DNA of 64,000 nt. Source: a virus. Lineage: Duplodnaviria > Caudoviricetes. This document shows positions 25,046 to 35,769 of the stretch, one piece after another. The position numbers were made by a program, and so were the translations under genes. The notes beneath the pieces are model-generated. The model made no database searches and was not told the DNA's origin. It was given only the letters and a program-made list of their open reading frames with translations. The DNA is taken from positions 1 to 64,000 of the IMG/VR virus record IMGVR_UViG_3300028888_000069; one strand, 5' to 3'. Position 1 is the stretch's first letter; each line of letters starts with the position of its first letter.

Positions 25046-25918
25046 ATGGGTATCATAGGAGATAAACTTGCCGAAGCTCGTCAAGCTAAGAAAAATGACA
25101 CTAAATCCTTTATATGGAAAGGTCCAAAAAGAATTGTTAATAAGAAATATGAACAAGATTCTATAAGACTTGTTGATGCTTCTGAAGAACAACTTAACAA
25201 ATTTTATAATCATTGTAAGAAGATGTTGTATAACAACAATAGGGAAAATCCTGGTCGTTATGTACTTCTTGATATGATACAAGAACAAAGAACAAATTGT
25301 AATATTGAATTATGTCTGCGATATATAGAAAATACTAGTTATAAAGCAGACCCTGTTAGAAGAGGGATTGAAAGACATGAATTTTATGGCTTGATGTTGG
25401 GTAAGATGATGGAACAAGGTATTGATCAAAAAGAATGGGGAACTATTAAAATGTCTCAAATAATGAGTGCTCCTCCAGAATTTGATTCACTTACTTTGGA
25501 TAAGATTATGAATGGTTGTCTTGATTTACTTGGTTCCTTTAATAGAAACCACCTTACTTTAACTTTCTTAACTAGTCTTGGACTATGGTTCACAGAACAA
25601 GAAAAGAAAGAATTAAACGATGTTAAGAATAAGAATATAGACAAACTTGATATAGTCCGTCAAAGACTAAATATTCCGTCTAATATTCAACTACGTTTAA
25701 ATGATACAGGTTTGAGTTTCCATGAGTTAAGAGCAATGCTCACTTTAAAGAATAAAAAGTATAGTGATTTAACAACAGAACAATTAGTTACTTTAAGAAA
25801 TAAAGTATTATATAGATATGATTCTGTAGTTAGACAACATATTTATCAATGGAACGAGAAAATAAGACAAATCGAATTAGTAGCAGAAGAAAAAGGATTT
25901 GTTTTAAAGGATGATTAA
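25046..25918 (+). CDS. Conserved-looking hypothetical protein
   Basis: 290-aa ORF directly before the helicase. Confidence 0.85.
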   Translation: MGIIGDKLAEARQAKKNDTKSFIWKGPKRIVNKKYEQDSIRLVDASEEQLNKFYNHCKKMLYNNNRENPGRYVLLDMIQEQRTNCNIELCLRYIENTSYKADPVRRGIERHEFYGLMLGKMMEQGIDQKEWGTIKMSQIMSAPPEFDSLTLDKIMNGCLDLLGSFNRNHLTLTFLTSLGLWFTEQEKKELNDVKNKNIDKLDIVRQRLNIPSNIQLRLNDTGLSFHELRAMLTLKNKKYSDLTTEQLVTLRNKVLYRYDSVVRQHIYQWNEKIRQIELVAEEKGFVLKDD

Positions 25919-27191
25919 TATTGATTATTCTTCTTCTAGAACGATAAGACAGCTTGACTGTGTCAAATCTTGGATTAAAAACAAAGGAAAAGGAACAATA
26001 ATTGCACCTACAGGCACTGGTAAAACAGTAATAGCTTTATTGGGTTTACAGAAGGTGCTATCCAAATATCCTTCTTTACAAACATTAATAGTTGTTCCAA
26101 CTACTACATTAAAAGACCAGTGGATTAAAGAATTAGATGCTTGGGGATTTAGTTTAAATACCAAAGTAGAAGTCATTAATACAGTTATTAAAGGTCAATA
26201 TAAGTACGACATATTAATAATCGATGAAGCACATAGAGTAGCAGCTAGCACTTTTAAAACGGTGTTTGATTGTGTTAACTATAAGTTAATATTATGCTTA
26301 ACAGCTACCTTAGAAAGATTAGATGGAAAGCATGAAATAATAAAAGAAAAGTGCCCTGTTGTAGACGAAATTTCTCAATTAGAAACGGTAGTAAATGGAT
26401 GGGTTTCTCCATATAGAGAATATGAAGTACTTATTGATGTTGATGATATTGATGACTATAAAGACATGAATAAAGAATTTCAACGTCACTTTGAATTTTT
26501 TAACTTTGATTTTAATTTAGCTATTTCTTGCTGTGGAAAAGACGGCTGGAAAAATAAATTAAGATATAGAGATGAATTATACAAAGGAAGCGATGAAAAT
26601 AAAAAGAAAGAAGTCTTACAAGCTATTTCTTATCATGCAGCTGGATTAATGCGAACAATGCAACAAAGAAAATCATTTATTAATAATCATCCAAAGAAAA
26701 TAGAACTTGCTAGAAAAATAATAGAAGCACGAGAAGGTAAAAAGATTATTACTTTTTCCAATAGTGTTAAAATGGCAGAGTCTATAGGAATAGGGGCGGT
26801 ATATACTGGAAGAGATTCAAAAAAGAAAGGAAGAATGACTTTGGAAGAATTTAGTAATTCCGATAATATAAATGTTCTTAATTCTTGTAATAAATTGGAT
26901 GAAGGGTTAAATGTTCCTGGAATAAGTGTTGGTATTATAATAGGAACAAACTCTAGTGAAATTAAAGCAAGGCAAAGGAGAGGCAGAACTATTAGGGCAC
27001 AAGATGGTAAACTTGCTGAAATTTTCTATATAATAATAAATGATACTGTTGAATGTCAATGGTTTAAGAAAAGCCATTCAAGAGATAGTAATTATATAAT
27101 TGTTGACGAAGAAGGATTGGATAAGGTACTGGAAGGTAAAACCCCAAATAAAGCTAAAAATAAACCTGCAGAATTTATGTTTCAATTTTAA
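25911..27191 (+). CDS. Superfamily 2 DExH helicase
   Basis: APTGTGKT, DEAH, LTAT, LDEGLNVP, QRRGRTIR. Confidence 0.93.
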   Translation: MINIDYSSSRTIRQLDCVKSWIKNKGKGTIIAPTGTGKTVIALLGLQKVLSKYPSLQTLIVVPTTTLKDQWIKELDAWGFSLNTKVEVINTVIKGQYKYDILIIDEAHRVAASTFKTVFDCVNYKLILCLTATLERLDGKHEIIKEKCPVVDEISQLETVVNGWVSPYREYEVLIDVDDIDDYKDMNKEFQRHFEFFNFDFNLAISCCGKDGWKNKLRYRDELYKGSDENKKKEVLQAISYHAAGLMRTMQQRKSFINNHPKKIELARKIIEAREGKKIITFSNSVKMAESIGIGAVYTGRDSKKKGRMTLEEFSNSDNINVLNSCNKLDEGLNVPGISVGIIIGTNSSEIKARQRRGRTIRAQDGKLAEIFYIIINDTVECQWFKKSHSRDSNYIIVDEEGLDKVLEGKTPNKAKNKPAEFMFQF

Positions 27192-27195
27192 TAAA

Positions 27196-27366
27196 ATGGA
27201 TAGCTTTGAAATTATTATAAAATACTCCAGTGCTGGTTGGTATTGGCTCTTAGAAAAAGGCAAACATAAATCAGTATGGAGTGGTAAATATTTTAAACAT
27301 TTTGATGAACTGTTAAATTCATTAAAAGAAGATACTGCTAAAATACAACAATTAATTCCGCTCTGA
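27196..27366 (+). CDS. Small hypothetical protein
   Basis: Start moved to ATG 27196 (MDSFEIII...). Confidence 0.55.
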   Translation: MDSFEIIIKYSSAGWYWLLEKGKHKSVWSGKYFKHFDELLNSLKEDTAKIQQLIPL

Positions 27367-27423
27367 AAAGAGAATAAAATAATTAGTGTAGCTAAATAAT
27401 TTTAATATTATGAAACTACATAC

Positions 27424-28041
27424 TTGGAACGTTTTGAATTGAGCATTGATAATGAGCTTGCTGTTATGGAGAAATATAACATTTCTCCTAATGAATTGTT
27501 TCTATTAAAAACTATTTTATTAGCTTTAGAAGAAGGTGAAAAGAAATATTTAGGAGAATTTCTTAAAATTACTAAAAATTTAAAGGAATCTTTTAGAAAT
27601 ATTTTAGTATCTTTACAAGAGAAAGGAATTATATTGAAATCTTATAAAATACCAAAAGAAGGCGAACAATTAAAAATAGAAGACATCGAATTAAATAAGA
27701 ACGTTGTTAAAACAATGTTTAAAGCATCCTTTGATATGGGTAAAGAATTATTCGATTCTTATCCAACAACTACAGTTGTTAATGGCTGTGTATATAAATT
27801 AAGGAGAGTCTCTAAAAAATATGATAGCCTTGAAGATGCTTTTAAAGCATATGGTAAATATATTAGATGGAATCAAGAAACTCATAAACAAGTTATAGAA
27901 CTTATAAAATGGGGAATTGAAAATGGTTATAGTTTTACTACTCTTGATTCTTTTATTGTAGATATGGATTGGTTAAATATAGCAGCAATCAAGAACGGTG
28001 AGTTAAGTAATGTCAATGTAGAAACAACAAGGATGATATGA
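27424..28041 (+). CDS. Hypothetical protein, possibly a winged-helix replication protein
   Basis: 205 aa, TTG start, LVSLQEKGII helix-wing-like pattern, coupled to the DnaB-like gene. Confidence 0.7.
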   Translation: MERFELSIDNELAVMEKYNISPNELFLLKTILLALEEGEKKYLGEFLKITKNLKESFRNILVSLQEKGIILKSYKIPKEGEQLKIEDIELNKNVVKTMFKASFDMGKELFDSYPTTTVVNGCVYKLRRVSKKYDSLEDAFKAYGKYIRWNQETHKQVIELIKWGIENGYSFTTLDSFIVDMDWLNIAAIKNGELSNVNVETTRMI

Positions 28042-29126
28042 TAACTGAGTCCTTATTGTCTCAAATTAAATCTGGTAGAGAAGGTAAAAATCAAGGTTTT
28101 GGTATGGGATTGAAGAAACTTGAATCTGTAATAGACGGAGTGTGTAAACAAACCTATACTTTAATATTTAGTAATAGTGGTACTGGAAAGACTAATTTTG
28201 CTTTATATGCCTATGTATATAGACCTTTAATGGAACATTTAGATGATAATAATTATAGAATTTGGTTTGCTTCATTAGAGATGAATAGTGATATGATTTT
28301 CGGAAAACTTTTAAGTATGTATATTTTTGATAAATTTAAAAAAGTAATATCTTTAAAAGAATTGCTTTCTAGAAAGAAAGGATATACATTAAGCGACGAA
28401 GACTATGAATTAGTAATGAGTTGTTCTGAATGGCTAAAAAAAGTAGAAAGCAAAATCACTATTTATGATAAAGCTCTAAATGCTGAAAACCTATATGCTA
28501 TGTTAAATAAAGAACTTGAAAAATTAGGAACCTTTACTGAAACAGAGCATAGAAAAATCTATACTCCAAATAATCCAGATTTAATATTTTCTGTTGTTAT
28601 AGACCATATTGGTTTATGTAGACCTAACAAGGGTAGAACATTGAAACAAGAAATCGATACAGTGTCTCAATATCTACTTACTCTTAGAAATATATGTGGC
28701 ATTAGTCCAGTAGTAATTCAACAAGCAAACAGAGATCAAGGTAGTACTGAACGTTTTAAACAATCAAGACAAGGATTTACGTTAAATGATACCAAGGATT
28801 CTGGTGGGCCGGTTCAGGACAGCGAAATAGTTATATCTATATATAATCCTTTTCGAGATAAACTTAATACTTATCGAGGATATGATGTTAAGACTCTTGG
28901 ACAAGCTTTTAGAATTATTTCTGTATTAAAATCCAGATATGGAGATAGTGATATAGAAATAGGATGTAATTTCTTTGGCGCTTGTAATTGGTGGGCAGAA
29001 TTGCCTTTACCTGAAGCTATCTATGATTACGAAAAATATACCACTATAGATTATTTAATGACAGATGGTGAAGAAGAACAGATTCCTGTTCAACAAATGA
29101 ATAATGATTTTAATTTTACGTTATAA
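28038..29126 (+). CDS. DnaB-like replicative helicase
   Basis: SNSGTGKT, SLEM, VIDHIGL, QQANR, DSGGPVQDS, KSRYG. Confidence 0.9.
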   Translation: MITESLLSQIKSGREGKNQGFGMGLKKLESVIDGVCKQTYTLIFSNSGTGKTNFALYAYVYRPLMEHLDDNNYRIWFASLEMNSDMIFGKLLSMYIFDKFKKVISLKELLSRKKGYTLSDEDYELVMSCSEWLKKVESKITIYDKALNAENLYAMLNKELEKLGTFTETEHRKIYTPNNPDLIFSVVIDHIGLCRPNKGRTLKQEIDTVSQYLLTLRNICGISPVVIQQANRDQGSTERFKQSRQGFTLNDTKDSGGPVQDSEIVISIYNPFRDKLNTYRGYDVKTLGQAFRIISVLKSRYGDSDIEIGCNFFGACNWWAELPLPEAIYDYEKYTTIDYLMTDGEEEQIPVQQMNNDFNFTL

Positions 29127-29825
29127 ATGAGTTCAATAATAGGATTAGGTGGCTTTTCTAATTCTGGAAAATCTACCTCACTAAAATATTTAAACCCAAA
29201 AGAAACATTCATTATTTCTTGTACCAATAAACAATTACAAATTCCGGGCTTTAGAAAGAAATATCCTAAAGTAGAAATAAAAGAAGGAAAGTTACTTGGT
29301 AATTGGTATGTAAGTAATTCTTATACTTCGATAGAGAAAATAATGGATGCCGTTTCTAGAACAAGACCTGAAATAAAAGTTATAGTAGTAGATGATGCTA
29401 ATTATTTATTAAGTAATGAAACTTTCCAAACTGCTCTTCAAAAAGGCTATGAAAAGTTTTCAGTAATGGCTAAGAACTATTATGATTTAATTGAGTCTTG
29501 TCTTAATTATAGAGATGATTTATCTATTGTATTTATTTCTCATTTGGAAAATTGGGGAACAGACATTGACCCTAAATATAGGCTTTGGACTACAGGTAAA
29601 ATGTTAACTACTCAAGTCAATCTTGATGGATTGTTCTCTTATTTGCTTTATGCAGAAAAATATGAAGACGAAGAATCTGGAGACATCAAATTTAGATTTA
29701 GAACGAAGCCTGGATTGGAAGATACTTGTAGAACCGTATCTGGGTGTTTCGAAGATAAATATATTGAACCAAATATGAAATTGGTTATAGATACTATTAA
29801 TAAATTTGAAAATGGTGATGAATGA
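29127..29825 (+). CDS. AAA_24/Sak4-like P-loop ATPase
   Basis: GFSNSGKSTS, VIVVDD, ISH. Confidence 0.85.
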   Translation: MSSIIGLGGFSNSGKSTSLKYLNPKETFIISCTNKQLQIPGFRKKYPKVEIKEGKLLGNWYVSNSYTSIEKIMDAVSRTRPEIKVIVVDDANYLLSNETFQTALQKGYEKFSVMAKNYYDLIESCLNYRDDLSIVFISHLENWGTDIDPKYRLWTTGKMLTTQVNLDGLFSYLLYAEKYEDEESGDIKFRFRTKPGLEDTCRTVSGCFEDKYIEPNMKLVIDTINKFENGDE

Positions 29826-30397
29826 TGCAAATCCAATCAGCTAAAGTACTTGTAACTGTTGTAGATGAAGAAACTGGAGAAATCATTAATAAAGAATTTG
29901 ATGTAGCAGAATTAATAGCAGCTGCTGCAGTAAAGAAACCTCGCAGTTCTTCAAGTAAAGTAAAAATTGATGATTCTAATCCTATTCCAACTTTAACTTT
30001 GTATGATAATAAGTATCAATTAAACAAAGCGGCAGTTGATTTGATGGGAATAGAACCTGATATGAAACTCGATATTAAATATGAAAAGAGAGGAAGAGTT
30101 CTTATTCCAGTAATTGGAAGAGAAGAAGCCCTAGCCTCCAAGAAAGGGAATAGAGTTACTAAATCTTTCACTGTTAGTTATAGGGGAAAGAATAACGATA
30201 CTCTTGCTACTTATGGAAGTGTGTTTGAAATAACTCCTCATGATAAATATGGAAACCAATTTATTCTAAAGAGCGAGTCTATGGAAGAACCAGAACCTGA
30301 AGTAGATTTGACCGTAGAAGTTCCTTCAATAGATGAAGATTTAACAGATATAGATGATTCCGAAGACGTATTAGCAGGATTTGATTTAAACCTTTAA
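29822..30397 (+). CDS. Hypothetical protein with acidic tail
   Basis: 191 aa; acidic C-terminus. Confidence 0.8.
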   Translation: MMQIQSAKVLVTVVDEETGEIINKEFDVAELIAAAAVKKPRSSSSKVKIDDSNPIPTLTLYDNKYQLNKAAVDLMGIEPDMKLDIKYEKRGRVLIPVIGREEALASKKGNRVTKSFTVSYRGKNNDTLATYGSVFEITPHDKYGNQFILKSESMEEPEPEVDLTVEVPSIDEDLTDIDDSEDVLAGFDLNL

Positions 30398-30411
30398 AAA
30401 ATTTCTAACTT

Positions 30412-31110
30412 ATGTTTAATTTTGATGATGTAAAAACCACAAGTGCAGTTAATTCTAGTGTTGCTTCTCTTAAACCTTATGGTATTTATAAGGTTAAGTT
30501 TGATGGTTTGGAGCAAACAACTCTTCAAGGAAAGAAAGACCCTACAGCTTCTTATTCAGTAATGAATATGAAATTTGTAAGTGACGAAGGTAATTTTACA
30601 AAGAATTTATTTATCCCATCTTCTGAAGATGATGGAGTACGTCCAGAATATACAAGAGATGATGGCACATCTTATTTCAGACCTTCAAGATTTGAGAATT
30701 ATAAATGGACTCTTCTTCAATTAGTTCAGGTTATTAATCCAGAAGGATATAAAAAGATCCAAGCTAACTCTGGAAAAATTAAGTCTATGGATGAGTTTAA
30801 TAAATTTATCGTAGCTATTGCAGAACAAAAGAAGGGAGCTGAAGTATATCTCAAACTTATAGGTCGTAACGTAAACAATGCCGATGGTACTACCAGTACA
30901 TATGCTGAAATTCCAAATGTTTGTGGATTAAGTCATAAGAACGAATTATTCATTGTAAATTTCGTTAGCAATAATCCTAATACTTTGAAATTTTCTGCTT
31001 ATGAAGCAGGACAGAAGGAACGTTATGAAAAGGCTGTTCCTACTGCAATGCCTACAACAACTTCTCCTGATACAGAAGAAGAAGGTTTGGATTTGAGCAG
31101 CTTATTATAA
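30412..31110 (+). CDS. Probable single-stranded DNA-binding protein
   Basis: LKPYGIYKVKF beta-rich N-terminus, acidic tail, position between ATPase and primase (inference). Confidence 0.55.
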   Translation: MFNFDDVKTTSAVNSSVASLKPYGIYKVKFDGLEQTTLQGKKDPTASYSVMNMKFVSDEGNFTKNLFIPSSEDDGVRPEYTRDDGTSYFRPSRFENYKWTLLQLVQVINPEGYKKIQANSGKIKSMDEFNKFIVAIAEQKKGAEVYLKLIGRNVNNADGTTSTYAEIPNVCGLSHKNELFIVNFVSNNPNTLKFSAYEAGQKERYEKAVPTAMPTTTSPDTEEEGLDLSSLL

Positions 31111-31135
31111 TAAATCATAGGGATAAGTTTTTAGT

Positions 31136-32155
31136 ATGGAATTTAATTTTGAAATTACTCCTAAAATAACTAAAGAATTTATCCTATCTAATGTAAATCA
31201 AGAAACGATCATAAATTATTATACGGGTCTTGATCCAACAAGTAAAAAGTTATTCAAGAGTGTTCTCAGAAGTGATAACCATGTTACTTGTTCATTTTAT
31301 AAATCTAAGTCTGGTATTGTATATATGCATGATTTTGCTACTGGTCAACATTTAACTTGCTTTAATATTGTAATGGAATTATTTAACTGTGGTTATTATG
31401 ATGCCTTGAATATTATTGCAAAGGATTTTCATTTAGTAAAATCTGATAATGTACCAACTAAGAAAATCAAAGTTATACAATCTATGCCAAAGAAGACTTC
31501 TTCACTTATTCAAGTTCAAATACAGGACTTCAGTCCTGCTGAACTTGAATGGTGGGAAAGTTTTGGAGTAACAAAAAAGCTATTAAAGAAATATCATGTA
31601 TTTTCTTGTAAACACGTTTTTATAAATGGAAATTTAGTATATTCTAATTCATCTAATGGAATGATATTTGGTTATTATTTCGGTAAAGATAAAGATGGAA
31701 TAGAGTTATGGAAGATTTATTTTCCTTTAAGAACTGATGCTAGATTTTTAAATAATGTGGGTACTTCAAAAATACAAGGGTATAAACAACTTCCGAAAGA
31801 AGGCAAATTATTAGTCATAACTAAATCTTTAAAAGATGTAATGTGTTTAAATAGCATGGGCATTCCAGCCATTGCTCCTAATTCAGAAACAGTTTTTGTA
31901 AGTGATAAAAAATTAGAAGCATTAAAAAATAGATTTGAACATATTGTAGTATTTTATGATAATGATAGGCCTGGAAAGTATAATATGGCTAAAATAAGGC
32001 ATAGTCATCCAGAATTAGATTTTTTTATGATTCCAAATAAATTTGGTGCAAAAGATGTTAGTGATTTATGTAAAATGATTGGTAGAGATAAAACTTTAGA
32101 GTTAGCAAAAAATCAATTAATACATTATAATAAATGGCTAAAAAGTACTAGCTGA
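31136..32155 (+). CDS. DNA primase (TOPRIM)
   Basis: ITKSLKDVM, APNSE, FYDNDRPG, KDVSD. Confidence 0.9.
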   Translation: MEFNFEITPKITKEFILSNVNQETIINYYTGLDPTSKKLFKSVLRSDNHVTCSFYKSKSGIVYMHDFATGQHLTCFNIVMELFNCGYYDALNIIAKDFHLVKSDNVPTKKIKVIQSMPKKTSSLIQVQIQDFSPAELEWWESFGVTKKLLKKYHVFSCKHVFINGNLVYSNSSNGMIFGYYFGKDKDGIELWKIYFPLRTDARFLNNVGTSKIQGYKQLPKEGKLLVITKSLKDVMCLNSMGIPAIAPNSETVFVSDKKLEALKNRFEHIVVFYDNDRPGKYNMAKIRHSHPELDFFMIPNKFGAKDVSDLCKMIGRDKTLELAKNQLIHYNKWLKSTS

Positions 32156-32685
32156 ATACTGCCGTAGAAGCTACTTTTAAGAACGGAAATAAAGAAACTT
32201 ACGATAGTATAGAAGAAGCTTCTGAGAAAACTGGATTAAGTATTCAAGCAATTAAAATGCGTGCTAATAAGCATGGGAATGGAGGAAAAGATAAGACACA
32301 ATTTAGATGGCTAGATGATGCTACAGTAAGACATTATCGTGCCAAAAATAGCAAACATAAGGGATCTAAATTAGAATTAGATGTCATTCATAAATTAAAT
32401 GAATTGGGATTTAATTGTGTAAGTAGTAGGTCTCAAAGTAAATCACTTGATAATGCTAAAGTTGATATATATGATATGGAAGGGAATCTTCCTACTTATA
32501 TTCAATGTAAAGCTACTCAACAAACCCCTTCATATTTTAAAATAAAAGATGAATGTCCTTTAAAAGACAAACCTTTTACAATAATATGGAAAAAACAGAC
32601 AAGTGATAATACTAATAGTCCAGGAACTGTTGCTATTATTGATGTTGATTTCTTTTATTCTTTATTAAAAAATAATTTAAAATAA
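32134..32685 (+). CDS. NUMOD1-like HTH plus Hjc-type PD-(D/E)xK resolvase (183 aa if TAG at 32149-51 is read through)
   Basis: ATG 32134 is in frame with ORF 32257: MAKKY*LNTAVEATFKNGNKETYDSIEEASEKTGLSIQAIKMRA. Nuclease motifs KG..LE, SSRSQSK.LD..KVDI, IQCK. Confidence 0.75.
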
Positions 32686-33216
32686 ATGAATAAATTAAAA
32701 ATTGGATTAGATATTGACGAAGTTCTAGCTGACTGGTGGAATCCTTATATAAAGAGATTTGGATTGCCAAAAACAGATAGCGAAATAACAAAAAATTGTC
32801 AACAAGTTCTTAGATATGATAGAAAATTTTGGTTATCATTGCCTGTAATAAGAAGGCCAGAAAAATTCGAACCAATATTATATTGTACTAAAAGAAGCTG
32901 TGTTAAAGATTATTCTAAAACATGGCTTGATAACAACGACTTTCCACATAAACCTGTTTATCAACAAATATGTCAATGTGCTTCTAAAGCACCTATGATA
33001 AAGGGAAGAATTGATGTTTTTATAGATGACAGTATAAAAAACTGGATTGATCTAAATATGTCTGGCATTCCTTGTTTATTAATGGATGCACCAAATAATA
33101 GAAATACAGGTCCTATATTGCGTATACACTCTTTAGATTACGATGAAATCGAAGAAGTGTTTGAAATGGCAAGAGAATTTGGTATTTTTAATAATTTTAA
33201 ACATTATTTTCTATAA
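32686..33216 (+). CDS. HAD-family 5'(3')-deoxyribonucleotidase-like
   Basis: GLDIDEVLAD, CTKR, FIDDS. Confidence 0.85.
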   Translation: MNKLKIGLDIDEVLADWWNPYIKRFGLPKTDSEITKNCQQVLRYDRKFWLSLPVIRRPEKFEPILYCTKRSCVKDYSKTWLDNNDFPHKPVYQQICQCASKAPMIKGRIDVFIDDSIKNWIDLNMSGIPCLLMDAPNNRNTGPILRIHSLDYDEIEEVFEMAREFGIFNNFKHYFL

Positions 33217-33240
33217 ATTATAATCAAGCATTAGAAGAAT

Positions 33241-33642
33241 ATGAAAAAATTAGAAGTTAAAATAATTAGAGAATACATTGACGTAGATATTAAAGAAGTG
33301 GCGGAAGAAATTCTAGACTATTTTAGTGAAGTTCAAGTAGATCCTCCTACCAGGATAGATATTGAAAAATACTTGAATGAAAATGATTTTCAGGTTACTA
33401 AGGATGATATAACAAGGATATACGACGAAATTCAATTTAAAAGGAATGAATTAAAAAATAAATTCTTTGAATTCGTTAAAGACAGTATAAAAGACCATGT
33501 AAATGATACTTTAGATAATTTGATGGATATAATAGAACTAGAATATGCTATAGATATAAATGATATTCCTTTTGACGAAAAAGAAGTAAAAGAACTTATT
33601 AAAACTTATATAAAAGAATATTTAAATGAAAATAGAGTATGA
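33241..33642 (+). CDS. Acidic hypothetical protein
   Basis: 133-aa ORF. Confidence 0.7.
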   Translation: MKKLEVKIIREYIDVDIKEVAEEILDYFSEVQVDPPTRIDIEKYLNENDFQVTKDDITRIYDEIQFKRNELKNKFFEFVKDSIKDHVNDTLDNLMDIIELEYAIDINDIPFDEKEVKELIKTYIKEYLNENRV

Positions 33643-34675
33643 TTTTAGCAAAATTAAAATAACTCCACTTTTAGAAACTTTAAAGTTAGAAAGTATAGAT
33701 GACTCTGTCTATTTCAGTGAAAAATATTCTAATTATATTTCTAATTCTAGACTTGGTTTGTTATTGAAATATGGTGCCAAAGAGTTCTTTGAAGGGCTTG
33801 GAGCAAATAAGGAATTTAGTTCTAGTCTTTCTTTAGGAAGCGCTCTCCATCAATTAGTTCTTCAGCCAGATTCCTATCATTTGGTAGAATCTGTAAACAG
33901 ACCAACAGCTAAGGCTGGATTAATGGCAGATTATCTTTATAATCCTTCTGGAATTACTCCTTCTGATGAACAAATAATCGAAGCAAGTGATGCAGTAGGA
34001 TATTATAAAGGAAAGATGTCAGAAAAGAAAATAAAAGATCTTAGGGAGAAATGTAATGAATATTGGAGAAGTAGGGCAATATACGAAAAAGGTAAAGAAC
34101 CTTCTGAAAAAGAAGATATTTTCATAGATGAGAAATCTAAAAATACTATAAGGTTATGTCTAGAAGAAATAAATAATAATAAAAATTTCCAAACTTTATT
34201 ACATCCAGAAGGGTTATTAGAAAAACCTATTTCTGAGAATGAAAAAGCAATTCTTTTGGATATAATGGTAACAATGCCTGAAAGTAAAGAACCTATAATC
34301 TATAAATTAAAAAGCAAATTAGATAACTTTACAATAGATAAAGAGTCTAATGTTATTACTGTTAATGATTTAAAAACTACTTCAAAAATCCTTCCAGAAT
34401 TTCCTGGAGTTATTGATTTCTTTCATTATGACAGAGAAATAGCTATGTATTCATATCTATTAAAATTATGTGCTGAAAAATTCTATGGATTAAAAGACTG
34501 CACTACAAAAGGCAATTTCTTAGTTGTAGAAACAATACCAAAATATTATACACAGGTATTTCCTATGACAAAAGAGTTATATAAAAGAGGTTTACACGAA
34601 TTTCTATATCTTTTAAAATGTGTAGCATATTTTAATGTTATAGAAGGTTTTAAATTTGCAGACACAAATGTATAA
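33626..34675 (+). CDS. PD-(D/E)xK exonuclease (RecE/ExoVIII-like)
   Basis: ISNSRL, GSALHQLVL, KSKLD, VNDLKTT, HYDREIAMY. Confidence 0.85.
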   Translation: MKIEYDFSKIKITPLLETLKLESIDDSVYFSEKYSNYISNSRLGLLLKYGAKEFFEGLGANKEFSSSLSLGSALHQLVLQPDSYHLVESVNRPTAKAGLMADYLYNPSGITPSDEQIIEASDAVGYYKGKMSEKKIKDLREKCNEYWRSRAIYEKGKEPSEKEDIFIDEKSKNTIRLCLEEINNNKNFQTLLHPEGLLEKPISENEKAILLDIMVTMPESKEPIIYKLKSKLDNFTIDKESNVITVNDLKTTSKILPEFPGVIDFFHYDREIAMYSYLLKLCAEKFYGLKDCTTKGNFLVVETIPKYYTQVFPMTKELYKRGLHEFLYLLKCVAYFNVIEGFKFADTNV

Positions 34676-35015
34676 TGATGATGGTTCTCTAAGTTATGTA
34701 GCTTTAAAAAATATGTATGAACAATTCTTTTCTCTTGGCTATATAACTAGAAAAATTGATGAAAAATTTGCCATGATTAGTTTGATATGTTATATAACTA
34801 AAAAGGCAAAAGAGAAAAATCCCGACACCACATACTACCAAATTATTGATAAGGTAGACGAAAACCACAGTCTACCTGATAATATGAAAAAAGTACTTGC
34901 TGTAGTATGTGAAGACTTTGGATATGGGTGTAAAGAATTTCCTTTATTCGGCTTAAAAGGCAAGGATATTATAAAGACCTTGCAAAATATTTTTGGATGT
35001 TATACACCCTTTTAA
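34668..35015 (+). CDS. Hypothetical protein
   Basis: ATG start within ORF 34656. Confidence 0.7.
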   Translation: MYNDDGSLSYVALKNMYEQFFSLGYITRKIDEKFAMISLICYITKKAKEKNPDTTYYQIIDKVDENHSLPDNMKKVLAVVCEDFGYGCKEFPLFGLKGKDIIKTLQNIFGCYTPF

Positions 35016-35043
35016 TTAACTGTTAACATTTTTTAACACTTTT

Positions 35044-35081
35044 ATACTTGCAGCTTATATAGGTTGCAAGTATATTTATAT
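35044..35081 (+). promoter_or_regulatory. Candidate promoter CTTG-N20-TATATTTATAT embedded in an inverted repeat
   Basis: ATACTTGCA(35044-52)/TGCAAGTAT(35065-73) palindrome arms overlap the motif. Confidence 0.6.
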
Positions 35082-35180
35082 TACTTTCGACAGAGAAGTA
35101 ATAAGATATAAGCCCAACAATGAGTTGGCGATTTTTAGATATACTATTTTTTAAATGAATTAATGTAATTTTATTTTAAC

Positions 35181-35735
35181 ATGGAAGCAACAAATGTAAT
35201 TTTTAAGAAACTTGAAGTAGTTGGTACAACTAAAGATGAAGCACTCGCTAAAGCTCCTTTCTATATTCAGGGGGATGCTACTACAGCTTTTAAGAAGTGG
35301 AAGGAAACTCAAAATGAGGTAACTGAAAGTGCCGTTAAGGAATTTTGCAAGAACTATCTCGCAAAGAAGAAGGCCGCTCCAGGTGTCGGATTTTCAATCA
35401 CCGTACAAACCCCTGTAGTAGATAGTCGTGAACGCCCTTATAAAGTAACCGACATTAAGAACGAAGAGGGCAAACGTAAAATGAAACGTTATCACGTTCT
35501 TAAGAATAAAGAAACTGGAGAGATTCTCGCTAAGTTCGACGGAACAAAGGCAGAAGCTAAGAATATGGCTAAAGAGCTTATCCTTAACGGTTTCCACGGA
35601 ACACTTGTTAGTGAACTTCAAGCATTCGTTGAGGGCAATAATGCTATTGAATTTGAAGCAGCTTATACCCCATCTAAAGGAACTAAGGCAGGTACTTATA
35701 TTGTATTTGGCAATATAGACGCTGAACGTATTTAA
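35181..35735 (+). CDS. Probably highly expressed monocistronic hypothetical protein
   Basis: Codon usage differs from neighbours (CGT, AAC, TTC, AAG); own candidate promoter and terminator. Confidence 0.85.
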   Translation: MEATNVIFKKLEVVGTTKDEALAKAPFYIQGDATTAFKKWKETQNEVTESAVKEFCKNYLAKKKAAPGVGFSITVQTPVVDSRERPYKVTDIKNEEGKRKMKRYHVLKNKETGEILAKFDGTKAEAKNMAKELILNGFHGTLVSELQAFVEGNNAIEFEAAYTPSKGTKAGTYIVFGNIDAERI

Positions 35736-35769
35736 TTAGTTTAAGTTTCTTAATCACTATATTTTTTTC

